From the NCBI GenBank assembly GCA_963663385.2, contig CAXXXD010000002.1:1728001-1792000 (forward strand): a DNA stretch of 64,000 nt, given 5' to 3'. The first letter of the stretch is position 1. The number at the start of each line of letters is the position of its first letter. Made by a program: the position numbers and the translations under genes. Under the pieces are notes generated by a model. The model did no database searches, was not told the origin of the DNA, and saw only the letters and a list, made by a program, of their open reading frames with translations. Positions 48,385 to 58,413 of the stretch are shown here, in pieces. This stretch comes from Oceanispirochaeta sp. (GTDB lineage: Bacteria > Spirochaetota > Spirochaetia > DSM-2461).

Positions 48385-50099
48385 CAGGTTCCTCCCGTCG
48401 GTTTTTCAAGTTTTCTTCGGGGCATGGACAGAAGCATTTTATCCAGAGTAGCTCCGGCCGGAACCATGGGGAATACATTGTCATGCTGTTCTACTTCCGC
48501 ATCAATAATGCAGGGACCGTCATTATAGGCAAGGGCGGCATTCAGAACTTTCCGGACATCTGCGCTCCGCTTTACACGAAACCCTTTCATGCCGTAGGCA
48601 CTGGCCAGTTTGACAAAATCCGGATTCCCTTCCAAATCTACTCCTGAAAGCCTGTTTTCATAGAACATATGCTGCCACTGACGAACCATACCAAGATAAT
48701 TGTTGTTGATAAGAAGTATCTTCAAGGGAAGTTTCTCATTGACTGCCGTAGACAGTTCAGGGAGTGTCATCTGGAACCCGCCGTCACCTACAACTGCCAC
48801 AACCGTCTTTCCCGGGTTGGCCAGCTGAGCGCCAATTGCTGCGGGGAAACCGAATCCCATGGTACCGGCGCCGCCTGAGGAGATCCAGTGACGGCTTTTC
48901 TCTGTTTTAAAAAACTGGGCGGCCCACATCTGATGCTGTCCAACGTCGGTAGTTACAATAGCATCACCGCCTGTCAGTTTATACATTTCCTCGATTACAT
49001 GCTGGGCCCGGAGTTTCCCTTCTTTTTTGTACTTGAGGGGATACTCTCTTTTCAGCCTTTTTATCTGCTTTACCCATCTCTGGGTATTGCCCTTTTTCAG
49101 GTAGCCATAGAGGGACTCCAATACAGTTTTTGCATCGCCCACAACAGAGCAGTCCACCTGAACTGTTTTGTTGATTTCCACCGGATCTATATCGATATGT
49201 ATTTTTCTGGCCTGTGGACAGAACTGTTCGGGATTTCCCGCGATTCTGTCATCCCATCGGGAGCCAACGGATACAATAAGATCACATTCGCACAGAGCCA
49301 TATTCGAGTATGCGGTTCCATGCATGCCGGGCATGCCGAGATTCAGTTCGTGGCTCTCGGGGAAACAACCTTTGCCAAGCATGGTATTAACAACGGGGAT
49401 CTGCATTTTTTCCACTACAGCACGTACTTCCTTCGATGCTCCCGAGATGACAGCCCCGTGTCCGATCAGCAGGAGAGGCCGCTGGGCTTCCGAGATCATG
49501 GCTGCCGCTTCTTTTACATGATCCTGATTAATCTCCTTCACAGGATTATAGCCGGGCAGCGAAAACTCTCCCGATGTATCTTCCGGAATCAAAGCGCTGG
49601 TTATGTTTTTTGGCAGGTCTACAATAACCGGTCCTGGTCTGCCTGTACTGGCGATGTAAAAAGCCTGGTTGATAATGGAAGGCAGTTCTTCCGCATCGTT
49701 AACCAGAAAAGAGTGTTTTACGATAGGATAGGACATTCCTGAAACATCCGCTTCCTGGAAGGTATCCAAGCCCAGGTTGGTCGTTAACTGTTGTCCGCAA
49801 AATACAACAATGGGGACAGAATCCATCATGGCTGTCATTACACCTGTCAGGGTGTTGGTCGCTCCGGGTCCGGACGTAACAACTACAACTCCCGGTTTTC
49901 CCGTAGAACGGGCATAGCCGTCGGCCATATGCGTTGCGCCCTGCTCATGTCTGGTTAATACAAGCTTCATGGAAGATTGAGCCAACGCATCATAGATGGG
50001 GATGGCGCTTCCTCCGGGTAAGCCGAATATGCATTCAACTCCCTGATCCTGCAGTATTTCAATCATTTTTGCGGCGGCAGTACATTGTTTTTTGTTCAT
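48384..50099 (-). CDS. ilvB: Acetolactate synthase large subunit (isozyme 2)
   Basis: RHEQGATHMADGYAR, RWDDR, DVGQHQMW, GDGGFQM and LGMVRQWQ; RBS GGAGG before the ATG at 50099. Confidence 0.95.
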   Translation of the reverse strand: MNKKQCTAAAKMIEILQDQGVECIFGLPGGSAIPIYDALAQSSMKLVLTRHEQGATHMADGYARSTGKPGVVVVTSGPGATNTLTGVMTAMMDSVPIVVFCGQQLTTNLGLDTFQEADVSGMSYPIVKHSFLVNDAEELPSIINQAFYIASTGRPGPVIVDLPKNITSALIPEDTSGEFSLPGYNPVKEINQDHVKEAAAMISEAQRPLLLIGHGAVISGASKEVRAVVEKMQIPVVNTMLGKGCFPESHELNLGMPGMHGTAYSNMALCECDLIVSVGSRWDDRIAGNPEQFCPQARKIHIDIDPVEINKTVQVDCSVVGDAKTVLESLYGYLKKGNTQRWVKQIKRLKREYPLKYKKEGKLRAQHVIEEMYKLTGGDAIVTTDVGQHQMWAAQFFKTEKSRHWISSGGAGTMGFGFPAAIGAQLANPGKTVVAVVGDGGFQMTLPELSTAVNEKLPLKILLINNNYLGMVRQWQHMFYENRLSGVDLEGNPDFVKLASAYGMKGFRVKRSADVRKVLNAALAYNDGPCIIDAEVEQHDNVFPMVPAGATLDKMLLSMPRRKLEKPTGGT

Positions 50100-50231
50100 G
50101 ATGCCTCCAAGATATATTGGTTCTTTCATATTAGTTTATATTTTTTTAGGGGTCAATAAGTATGGAACTTGATTTTTTGAGTATTAATGGTTGATTTTTG
50201 CTTGATGATACAGCTTTGACTATGTTTTTGT

Positions 50232-51539
50232 TTATTTTGCAGTCAAATTTAATGTATTAATTATATCTTTATGCAAATCGTTTTTCATTTCTTCGGTAAT
50301 TTTCATGAAATCAGAAGGCTCTTCCCGGTATAAACCTCTTTCGATCTTGGTGGATATTATGCGAATAAGAGAACTGTTAAGTCTTTCTTCACTGATAATC
50401 CCATTTAAAAAGGCTTCTTTAAGGGATTTTTGTGCTTCCGGTATATTGGCAGGCATTAATATTATATCCGATCCTGCAAGAAATGCGTTCAGGGCGGCTT
50501 CCCCGGGCGTCCAGTACCTGGTTACGGCTCCCATATCCATAGCGTCAGTAATGATAAGTCCTTTAAATCCCAGAGTGTTGCGAAGCAGTTCTGTTTGTAT
50601 CCTGTAGGACATGGAAGCGGGCATATCATTTCCGGTAAGGGCAGGGGCCTGTATATGTGCGGTCATTATAAAATCGACACCGGCCTCAATTCCACTGTAA
50701 AAAGGCAGAAAATCTACCGTTTCGAACTCCTCCCTGTCTGCTCTGGCCTTAACCATGCCATTGTGAGTATCTCCGTTCACATAGCCGTGACCCGGGAAGT
50801 GTTTAAGAACACTGGAAATCCGGTTTTCCTGATAACCCCTGACAGAAGCGGCGACCATCCTGGCTGCTGTTTCCGGGTCCGAACTGAAGGACCGGTTTCC
50901 GATAACATCCGGAGAGACATGGCGGGTAACATCCGCCACAGGGGCCATATTCATATTGAACCCCAAATCCCTCAGATCGGTTGCCAGAACCGCAGATGCT
51001 TTTCTGACAAGTTCCGGATCGCCTCTCCTGCCGAGTTCTTCTGCTGGGGGCAGGGATATGACATTCATGTTCTTCTGTTTTCCCAGGCGGGAAACCTTTC
51101 CCCCCTCTTCATCGGTTGTTATAAAAAGGGGCGTTCCAGTATATTCGTTTAATCCGGCAATCAACTCCCGAGTCTGCTGGGGGGTCTTGAAATTCAGACT
51201 GAAGAGGATTATCCCTCCGGGTTTGTATTTATCAAGGAACTCCTGCAGGTACTCATCCATTTCAAGTGCAGGTTTTCCGTAAGCCGTATGCCGCATGGCC
51301 AGAATAAAAAGCTGGCCGATTTTTTCATCCAGAGTCATTTTGGAAAGGATTTTTCGGGAATCCTGAAGGATTCGTTCTTCCGGGGGCGTTTCATCCTGAT
51401 GGATTGCGGCGGGAACTGCCTGATTCTCTTTTGATTCGTGCTTAAGGCCGCCAGGTACTGCATCGTACCGATTCTCAACGGTACGGCAGGATGACAGGAT
51501 AAAAAGGGATATAAGCAGGAAAGTCAGAATTTTCTTCAA
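50232..51539 (-). CDS. GH3 beta-N-acetylhexosaminidase (NagZ-like) lipoprotein
   Basis: Lipobox LSSC, DEEGGKVSRL, KHFPGHG....DTH and ITDAMDMGA. Confidence 0.9.
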   Translation of the reverse strand: MKKILTFLLISLFILSSCRTVENRYDAVPGGLKHESKENQAVPAAIHQDETPPEERILQDSRKILSKMTLDEKIGQLFILAMRHTAYGKPALEMDEYLQEFLDKYKPGGIILFSLNFKTPQQTRELIAGLNEYTGTPLFITTDEEGGKVSRLGKQKNMNVISLPPAEELGRRGDPELVRKASAVLATDLRDLGFNMNMAPVADVTRHVSPDVIGNRSFSSDPETAARMVAASVRGYQENRISSVLKHFPGHGYVNGDTHNGMVKARADREEFETVDFLPFYSGIEAGVDFIMTAHIQAPALTGNDMPASMSYRIQTELLRNTLGFKGLIITDAMDMGAVTRYWTPGEAALNAFLAGSDIILMPANIPEAQKSLKEAFLNGIISEERLNSSLIRIISTKIERGLYREEPSDFMKITEEMKNDLHKDIINTLNLTAK

Positions 51540-51663
51540 TTATCGCTCCGGGAAACCGACCGGTCAGTCGAACGGTCTTGCTATTTTTAAAGAATTGTAC
51601 CATTTTTATTTCTACTGCCCCTTTCAAATTTTATCAAGAGGCAGGATAGGAGCTATATATATA

Positions 51664-52704
51664 ATGGAAAAACTGAATGATGTTAATATCTCTTCCATTT
51701 TACCTCTGGTTGCGCCTTTTGCACTGAAGGAGAAATTTCCGATTACGGATGAATTGAAGCACTCTATTATTCAGCATCGTAAAGAGATCCGGAATATTCT
51801 GGAAAAAAAAGATCCTAGAATGCTGGCAGTTGTCGGTCCCTGTTCGATTCATGATCCGAAAGCCGCAATGGATTATGCCCGGGAACTGCAGAAGCTGCGG
51901 AAGAAATATGAAGATAAACTATTTATAATTATGCGGGTCTACTTTGAGAAACCCCGTACGGCTCTTGGCTGGAGAGGTCTTATTCTGGATCCCGATCTGG
52001 ATGGCACCTACAAACTGGAAAAAGGACTGAGTCTGGCAAGGGAACTCCTCCTTTCCATAAACAAGCTTGGCCTTCCCGCCGGAACGGAAATTCTTGATCC
52101 CATTGTTCCCCAGTATATTTCCGATCTTATCTCCTGGGCCGCCATAGGGGCCCGTACGACCGAATCTCAAACACATAGAGAGTTGACCAGCGGCCTTTCC
52201 ATGCCTGTCGGTTTTAAAAACGGTACGGACGGGAGCCTGGATGTTGCGGTCAACGGAATTCAGTCTGCCCGTCATCCCCATAGTTTTATAGGGATAGATA
52301 AACAGGGGCAGACCTGTGTGCTCAATACCAGGGGGAATGCTACCGGACATCCTATCCTGAGGGGAGGGAAGCACGGTCCAAACTACTATGAAGAGAACAT
52401 TGAAGAAGCGGAAGAAGCCCTTATAAAGGAGGGGTTGAATCCTGTTGTCGTTATTGACTGCAGTCATGCCAATTCCGGCAAAAAGTATTTTAAACAGGAA
52501 CGGGTGCTCAACTCCATCCTGGATCAGAGAAGCCGCGGACGCGATTCCATAGTCGGGTTTATGCTGGAAAGCAATCTGCATGAAGGGAATCAGAAAATAA
52601 AAGAGAAGCTTTCCGATCTCTCTTACGGTATATCCATTACTGATGCCTGTATTTCCATGGAGACAACTGCTGTTCTTCTGGAGAGAGCTTATAACTCCCT
52701 TTGA
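51664..52704 (+). CDS. 3-deoxy-7-phosphoheptulonate (DAHP) synthase, class I-alpha (AroF/G/H type)
   Basis: GPCSIHD, MRVYFEKPRT, AIGARTTESQ.HRE, GFKNGT, DCSHANS and SITDAC; RBS AGGAG. Confidence 0.96.
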   Translation: MEKLNDVNISSILPLVAPFALKEKFPITDELKHSIIQHRKEIRNILEKKDPRMLAVVGPCSIHDPKAAMDYARELQKLRKKYEDKLFIIMRVYFEKPRTALGWRGLILDPDLDGTYKLEKGLSLARELLLSINKLGLPAGTEILDPIVPQYISDLISWAAIGARTTESQTHRELTSGLSMPVGFKNGTDGSLDVAVNGIQSARHPHSFIGIDKQGQTCVLNTRGNATGHPILRGGKHGPNYYEENIEEAEEALIKEGLNPVVVIDCSHANSGKKYFKQERVLNSILDQRSRGRDSIVGFMLESNLHEGNQKIKEKLSDLSYGISITDACISMETTAVLLERAYNSL

Positions 52705-52719
52705 TCATTCGGTGAAGAT

Positions 52720-52759
52720 CCCATGAATTTAAATTGTTCTAATAAGGGAAATTCATGGG
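52720..52759 (+). terminator. Inverted repeat after the DAHP synthase gene
   Basis: CCCATGAATTT...AAATTCATGGG, 11-bp arms. Confidence 0.4.
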
Positions 52760-52879
52760 TAATTCAAAATTATTCTTTTTTTTAACAGGAAATATTTGAA
52801 ATTCCATTATTCCGTGCTTGATGATTGAGGGGAAAAAATTTTATCCTTTTCAGCGCAACAATTCAAGGAATAGGAGTTT

Positions 52880-54349
52880 ATGAATACAACGGAAAATTCC
52901 AGCAGTACAACTTCCGTAGTCGAAAGGGTTTGCCGGACAGCTTTTCATCTTCTGGGGAAGACCCACAGTTTTCATATCAGGAAAACAGATGAAAAACTGT
53001 TAAACGGCGGGACCTGTTCTTATACGCTTTCTCTTTCCGATCTACCCGATCAGAGTATCCTGATCGAAGAGCAAATCATTCCCGAGGGGAGCGAGCATTA
53101 TACTCATCGCCACTGGATTTTTATTCAGGAACATGAGCGGTGGAAGCTTCATAAAGCGGATAAAAACAGTATGGCCCTGGGGACGGATATTATGGATCTG
53201 GAGCTTCTGGATCTTCTGGACCGCCTGGAAGGTGTTCTGCATAATAGTTCTTCCCCCTATGAAATGCCAGTGCCATCTCATAGGGTCAACCGTAACGGTT
53301 TTCAGGATATCCTTCATAGAAAATCTTCAAGGGTTTTTACCCTTGCAGCTGCCGGACTGATAATGGCAGGGCTTTTTCTTACCGTATTTATCAGTACCAT
53401 GCAGTATGGAAGAATGCTGAAAACGGTTTATACTCTCAATCAGTCAATACAGGCTTCTACCGAAATCAGCAGCAGCTCTATTAATAATCTGACCGAAGAA
53501 CTGGCAAGCATCAGCATTGAACTGGATGATTTAAAATCCGAAGTCTTTCACGAAAGAGAAGCTTTTCTATTCAACCGGAAACAGACCGCCATGAACCTTA
53601 GATGGCTGTCTTCACAGTTCCCCCGGTCAAGCAGATCCCGATCCAGAGCGTATCTATACCTGGCAGATAAGGTAGATGCTGCCGAAACATACGGAGAAAT
53701 GGTTTATCAGATGTCCCGTTTGCCCGAAAATAACGATCAGGCGGAAACACTTATGGCAACGGACAAAGACAACTATCTTTCCATGAACCGCTTCAATCCT
53801 GTTTTTTCAGGGATGATTCTGCCTGTTGATACGGGGGTAGTGGAAAACGGAGAAAGCAGCTTTATGATGTCCAGCGGTTATACTGACAGACGCATCTCGC
53901 CTCTCGGTTCCGGCGGAGTCAGGCCCCATCGTGCGGTGGATATTATTAATCTGGACAATATTGTCCGCATCTCCAAGGATAATCACATTATCAGGGATGA
54001 AACGCAGCCCGGGCATGTTATTTCCGCCTATCCGGGAACCATGCTGGATGAAGGATTCGATTATGTGTACGGCTGGCATGCAGAAGTTAGGCATGAGTTG
54101 ACGGAGGAAATCCTGAAGGCTTATCCCGGTGCTGAGTCCTGGTCCACCTACTACGCCCATCTGAAAGATCCGGCCTTGCCGGAGTTGGGCTCCAGTCTGA
54201 ATGCCGGCGCTATTTTGGGTGAGATCGGGAATTCCGGTCGATCTACAGGTCCCCATCTGCATTTCGAAGTACGGATCTATCACTCCGGCGGACTCGAAAC
54301 AAGCCCATTCGGTAATTTTGACAAGATAAATCCCTTCAAGGAATCTTAG
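52880..54349 (+). CDS. Membrane-anchored M23 family metallopeptidase with a coiled-coil stalk
   Basis: Central TM; HRAVD (HxxxD), YAHL and GNSGRSTGPHLHFE. Confidence 0.88.
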   Translation: MNTTENSSSTTSVVERVCRTAFHLLGKTHSFHIRKTDEKLLNGGTCSYTLSLSDLPDQSILIEEQIIPEGSEHYTHRHWIFIQEHERWKLHKADKNSMALGTDIMDLELLDLLDRLEGVLHNSSSPYEMPVPSHRVNRNGFQDILHRKSSRVFTLAAAGLIMAGLFLTVFISTMQYGRMLKTVYTLNQSIQASTEISSSSINNLTEELASISIELDDLKSEVFHEREAFLFNRKQTAMNLRWLSSQFPRSSRSRSRAYLYLADKVDAAETYGEMVYQMSRLPENNDQAETLMATDKDNYLSMNRFNPVFSGMILPVDTGVVENGESSFMMSSGYTDRRISPLGSGGVRPHRAVDIINLDNIVRISKDNHIIRDETQPGHVISAYPGTMLDEGFDYVYGWHAEVRHELTEEILKAYPGAESWSTYYAHLKDPALPELGSSLNAGAILGEIGNSGRSTGPHLHFEVRIYHSGGLETSPFGNFDKINPFKES

Positions 54350-54442
54350 GTCCCTTACCTTAATTCCCCTCTCTTGGAGAGGTTAGGGGAGACTTTATTA
54401 ATTGTCTTTCCGGATCCTCAAGCGCAGCCGAGAGGGGGAGGC

Positions 54443-54934
54443 TTACGGTATCAATTCTTTCATTTTTTCAAAGATAAGATAAACAGCCGGACAGATCAGA
54501 GTATTCTCCAGCATCTGCGGGGTATATTTCCTGAAGGACATATTATCCGTATGGGGGTAATCCCGACAGGCGCCCGGTCTGTTTTCATATACAATGCAGT
54601 AGTTGTCCGCTCCCAGAAAAGGGCAGGGCATTGACTGAAAGACGTAATCTTCATCCTCATCAATCTTAAGGTACTTATCGGTAAAATCTCCCGGTTTTAT
54701 TCTCAGGGCTTTTGCCAGCCGGGAAATATCCCTTTCCCTCAGGAGCGGTCCGGTGCCGCTGCAGCAGTTGGCACAGCCAAGGCAGTCAATTTCCAGAAAA
54801 ACATCATCATGAAGCTGGGCGATAAGGGGATCAATCAGGCCCGGCTTCATTTTTTTCAGTTTCTGAAAGTATTTTTTATTTTCCTTATACCCGGTTTTGG
54901 CCTGGGCAAGGAGTTTCTGATATTCACTGTCCAT
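54443..54934 (-). CDS. YkgJ family cysteine-cluster protein
   Basis: CLGCANCC, CPFL, C.VYE.RP..CRDYP and CP. Confidence 0.9.
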   Translation of the reverse strand: MDSEYQKLLAQAKTGYKENKKYFQKLKKMKPGLIDPLIAQLHDDVFLEIDCLGCANCCSGTGPLLRERDISRLAKALRIKPGDFTDKYLKIDEDEDYVFQSMPCPFLGADNYCIVYENRPGACRDYPHTDNMSFRKYTPQMLENTLICPAVYLIFEKMKELIP

Positions 54935-54940
54935 GAGGTC

Positions 54941-55324
54941 TTACTTTTTATATACCTGATCGGGATCAAAAAGGGGTTCGCCCTGAACCTTTAACTCGCC
55001 ATTATCCCAAACCCGGTAATAACAGCTCCTGTGGCCGGTGTGGCAGGCAGCTCCGCCGATCTGCTCCACCTTGTAGATAACAGAGTCATTGTCGCAGTCT
55101 ACCCGGATTTCTTTCAGGATCTGGATATTCCCCGAGGACTCTCCCTTACGCCAGAGTTTCTGCCGGCTCCGCGAAAAATAGACACCTTTCCCGCTGGCAA
55201 CGGACTCATCCCAGGCTTCTCTGTTGATATAAGCCTGCATCAGTATCTCACCGCTCTCATAATCCTGTACGATTACAGGAACAAGGCCTCCGCTTTTCTC
55301 AAAATCCAGGGGGCATTCACTCAT
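54941..55324 (-). CDS. hisI: Phosphoribosyl-AMP cyclohydrolase
   Basis: [29 protein letters not shown] and ACHTG.RSCY; start set at the ATG at 55324. Confidence 0.95.
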   Translation of the reverse strand: MSECPLDFEKSGGLVPVIVQDYESGEILMQAYINREAWDESVASGKGVYFSRSRQKLWRKGESSGNIQILKEIRVDCDNDSVIYKVEQIGGAACHTGHRSCYYRVWDNGELKVQGEPLFDPDQVYKK

Positions 55325-55349
55325 TTTTCTATCCTTTCTTAATAGTATA

Positions 55350-56891
55350 TTAACTGTTTTCCCGGGGAATCCATTTCCCTTCTTGCAGATATAAACCGTA
55401 TTCATGTGTCAGAAGATACTCCATACCCTTATGAAGAGAGATTCCCGTCTCTTTCAGGCTTCCGGAACCGGATGATCCCGGAAAGGCCGGATCATCAAGC
55501 TTTAAACCGGATGTCAGCAGGTTTTCCATAAGTATTTTGGCTGCCAGAAACCGTTTAAATTTATCAATGCCGAATATCAGGGGATTTTCGATCAGACCGA
55601 TCACTTCCCAGGTTACCTGTTCCGCCTGGGAGTAGAGGCCGGCATCCTTATTCTGGTCACTGAACCGGAGCGGCAGGTTTGCTATGATCCTGTCAATATT
55701 ATCCAGCAGCCAGGTCAGATCGAAGAGTCCCGTTGCACAGTTGAACAGAATCTTTTCTCCTTTTTTTTCAAGAGCTGCTGCATCATCAGTAGATATTCCG
55801 ACTCCCAGATCGACGCAGTTTAGCCGGTCGTCTTTATCCTTTATCAGGATACCCCCTTTTACATCCACAGGTGTTTTAAAAGAAAAATCAAAACCTGCGG
55901 GATTACCCCTGAGGGCCAGCAGGGCAAGGGACAGGGGATCGGGAGTATATCCCAGGTTGTCAATATTTCCCAGGCTGATAAAACGGATACCCCGGGAATG
56001 AAGGATCTGGAAGGCTTCTTTCAGAACCCGGAAACTCTGGCCGTGTCCTCCGGGAAGCGGCAGAACTCCGGAAGGATCTTCCGATGACGGATGGAATATA
56101 CCTTTCTCTGTTCCCTCCCGGCTGTGGGTGTAGGCAGTAATCATGGGCTGGATCCCTGTCAATCCCTTCCATACGGGATAATCCAGTTCCGCTGCCAGTG
56201 ATTTGAGCCAGGGACTGCTGCTGTACTCCTTCAAGGCATTCTGAACCGTTTCGTCATTGGAAACGCTTGTCATCTGAAAGAAGGGAATCCTGGCAGAACA
56301 GGCCCGGGATTTTAAAAGGACGGCCCGGAGTTTCAACTCCATATAGGAAGGACCAGCCGAACCATCCGGCTGGACAAAGGCAGGTGTGGTCCCTTTTGGC
56401 TGCCCCTTGGCCAGATGCGCCATCTCTTCAAAAGCCTTTTTATACAGTTCAAACAGTTCCGGATTAAACCCTCTGTTTTTCTTTATATCCGCATAGGATG
56501 TGGCGGAACCGCCATTTAAAAAACCATAGGAGTAAAGGGGAAAAAGCCTGTTTCCAATATTTTTCAGTTCATCAACAGTCAGGGATAACACCTTTTCAGG
56601 TGAGGTGAGTTTTTCAAAATCCTCTATGATATCCGGGAAACGTTCAGAAAACTTCAATATTTCGGAGCGGCTGAAACGAAAGATTTCAGGAGTTCTCAAA
56701 TCCAGAATCCTTTTCCCGTCAATAGAGGGGACTCCAACAGGAACAACCGGAGGAGTACGGCCGATTTTGCCGGCATTGTAATCATTCAGTATGGACAGGG
56801 ACAAGTCTACATCAATACCGGTTTTACCCATTAATGCCAGCTCGCGGGGTGAAAGGTTTTCTTTTGTAATCAATTCAGACTCCCGGGTCAA
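55350..56891 (-). CDS. UTP--glucose-1-phosphate uridylyltransferase family (eukaryote-type UDPGP fold)
   Basis: [26 protein letters not shown] and KGG. Confidence 0.8.
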   Translation of the reverse strand: MTRESELITKENLSPRELALMGKTGIDVDLSLSILNDYNAGKIGRTPPVVPVGVPSIDGKRILDLRTPEIFRFSRSEILKFSERFPDIIEDFEKLTSPEKVLSLTVDELKNIGNRLFPLYSYGFLNGGSATSYADIKKNRGFNPELFELYKKAFEEMAHLAKGQPKGTTPAFVQPDGSAGPSYMELKLRAVLLKSRACSARIPFFQMTSVSNDETVQNALKEYSSSPWLKSLAAELDYPVWKGLTGIQPMITAYTHSREGTEKGIFHPSSEDPSGVLPLPGGHGQSFRVLKEAFQILHSRGIRFISLGNIDNLGYTPDPLSLALLALRGNPAGFDFSFKTPVDVKGGILIKDKDDRLNCVDLGVGISTDDAAALEKKGEKILFNCATGLFDLTWLLDNIDRIIANLPLRFSDQNKDAGLYSQAEQVTWEVIGLIENPLIFGIDKFKRFLAAKILMENLLTSGLKLDDPAFPGSSGSGSLKETGISLHKGMEYLLTHEYGLYLQEGKWIPRENS

Positions 56892-56907
56892 TTATACCCT
56901 GAGTGTA

Positions 56908-57249
56908 TCATGCCTCTTCGAAATGGGCCAACAGTTTCCTCCGCTGCTCTTTCAAATGATTGCCCAGAGTTTTATTCCAGATTCCCGGACCGGAATACTT
57001 CGGACTGGGAGGGAGGCTGTTGAGTATCTCCCCGGGATTATCAACACAGTGAGGAGAGAGCAGTTTGTATAGAGCCCGGTCTTCGCTTTTTGCAATCAGC
57101 TGATAGGCCTGGCGGATTGTATCATTTTTCCGGTGCCCCCTGGAAAGGTTCTTCCAGGCCGTTTCAATCTCCCTGTCATCCGCATCGATACTGACGCCGA
57201 GGAGATCCCAGGGGTTTATGGTAAGGTTTATTATATCTAAGGTATTCAA
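56908..57249 (-). CDS. Small J-domain-like protein lacking HPD
   Basis: NPWDLLGVS.DADDREI..AWK...IRQAYQLI...EDRA.Y; RBS AGGAG before a TTG start. Confidence 0.7.
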   Translation of the reverse strand: MNTLDIINLTINPWDLLGVSIDADDREIETAWKNLSRGHRKNDTIRQAYQLIAKSEDRALYKLLSPHCVDNPGEILNSLPPSPKYSGPGIWNKTLGNHLKEQRRKLLAHFEEA

Positions 57250-57260
57250 AACATCTCCTG

Positions 57261-58355
57261 TCAGAAAGCGAACAATTCCAGCTGTACGGGAGCGGAACTG
57301 TTCTGGGTTATCTTTTTATGGGATGAGGCCGGAGTTTTCTCTTTTTCACCCGCCAGGCTTTGAAGAAGTTTCATTACGTTCTCCGGTTCCGGCTGCTCTT
57401 TATTGTCAACATTTACTACCATATCCGGATAAAGATGATTGAGCCCGGCAATAAGAGAAACCGAGTGGGTTGTAATGAGGCTCAGGTATTCGTCGGTCAG
57501 TTCAAATTCCAGTGCTACCGTTTCAGAGACATCCTTGATAATGCGGAGGTAGGCTTTTACTTCCGCCCTGGATGTGCTGTTGCCCTCCAGATAGGCCTGA
57601 AGGGTTAGGAGCCAGTAGACCAGGCTTTTATCCTGATCATAGGATAAAGTTGCAAGAGCCGTTAACCGCAGCCCCTCTGAGTTGCCGAAGAGAAGACGGG
57701 CTTTATCTGCCGCTTTATCAGGGAGAATCTCTTCTTCCTGAATCTGATGGAAGCACCAGATGAGGATCTTTTGAGCTGTTTCCGGGTGCTCCCGCAAGAT
57801 ATCCTTGATAATCATTCCGGCTGTTTCAAGGAGTATATCCTCCATTCCGGCCTGGGCGGCCTCTGTCAGCTGTTCCATTGAGCTGGCCAGTTCCCTGTTA
57901 TCATCAAGAACAGATTCCGCCAGCTCCTTCCACGATTCGGGCATAGCCGTTTTATTTATAACGGCTTTGAAAAAACCTATGTAGGCGTAGGGAGCAGACC
58001 AGTCGGGGATTGCTTCCATCAGGGGAAGAACCTCACTGAAATTCCCCGAATAAAATGTATCTATTCCCTTAATCAGGGGAACCCAGGGCATAAACAGGGA
58101 ATCCTCGCCGATTGTATTCAACTCACCCGAAAGCTCCGCGGAAAACATACCGTTTGTAACCGCTTCAAAGGCATCTGAAATAATCCATGCATCCCTTTTT
58201 AACGGGTGTTCGTGGGGGATAAAATCACATTTCGTTACAAATTGGGGATGGGGAATCTCCATTTCCAGTTCCCGTTTCAATTTGAGCCGCAGTTCTGAAT
58301 CTTCAGACTGTATGTAGTTTTTCAGTTTGTTCTGTAATTGACTGGTAAATGACAA
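57261..58355 (-). CDS. Hypothetical alpha-helical protein with C-terminal QLELF
   Basis: Long ORF. The upstream part of the track ORF overlaps the HD-GYP gene, so the TTG at 58355 is the inferred start. Confidence 0.75.
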   Translation of the reverse strand: MSFTSQLQNKLKNYIQSEDSELRLKLKRELEMEIPHPQFVTKCDFIPHEHPLKRDAWIISDAFEAVTNGMFSAELSGELNTIGEDSLFMPWVPLIKGIDTFYSGNFSEVLPLMEAIPDWSAPYAYIGFFKAVINKTAMPESWKELAESVLDDNRELASSMEQLTEAAQAGMEDILLETAGMIIKDILREHPETAQKILIWCFHQIQEEEILPDKAADKARLLFGNSEGLRLTALATLSYDQDKSLVYWLLTLQAYLEGNSTSRAEVKAYLRIIKDVSETVALEFELTDEYLSLITTHSVSLIAGLNHLYPDMVVNVDNKEQPEPENVMKLLQSLAGEKEKTPASSHKKITQNSSAPVQLELFAF

Positions 58356-58413
58356 ATTTCTACTCTCTGATGAATTTCTCCGGGAAAAAAATAATACTGC
58401 ATTAGATGTTCTG

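Noticed and set aside
51595..51663. Tyr/Phe-rich in-frame extension (MYHFYFYCPF) upstream of DAHP synthase, resembling an attenuator leader
   Set aside because: No RBS, no separate stop and no terminator/antiterminator hairpins; T-rich DNA yields Phe/Tyr codons by chance.
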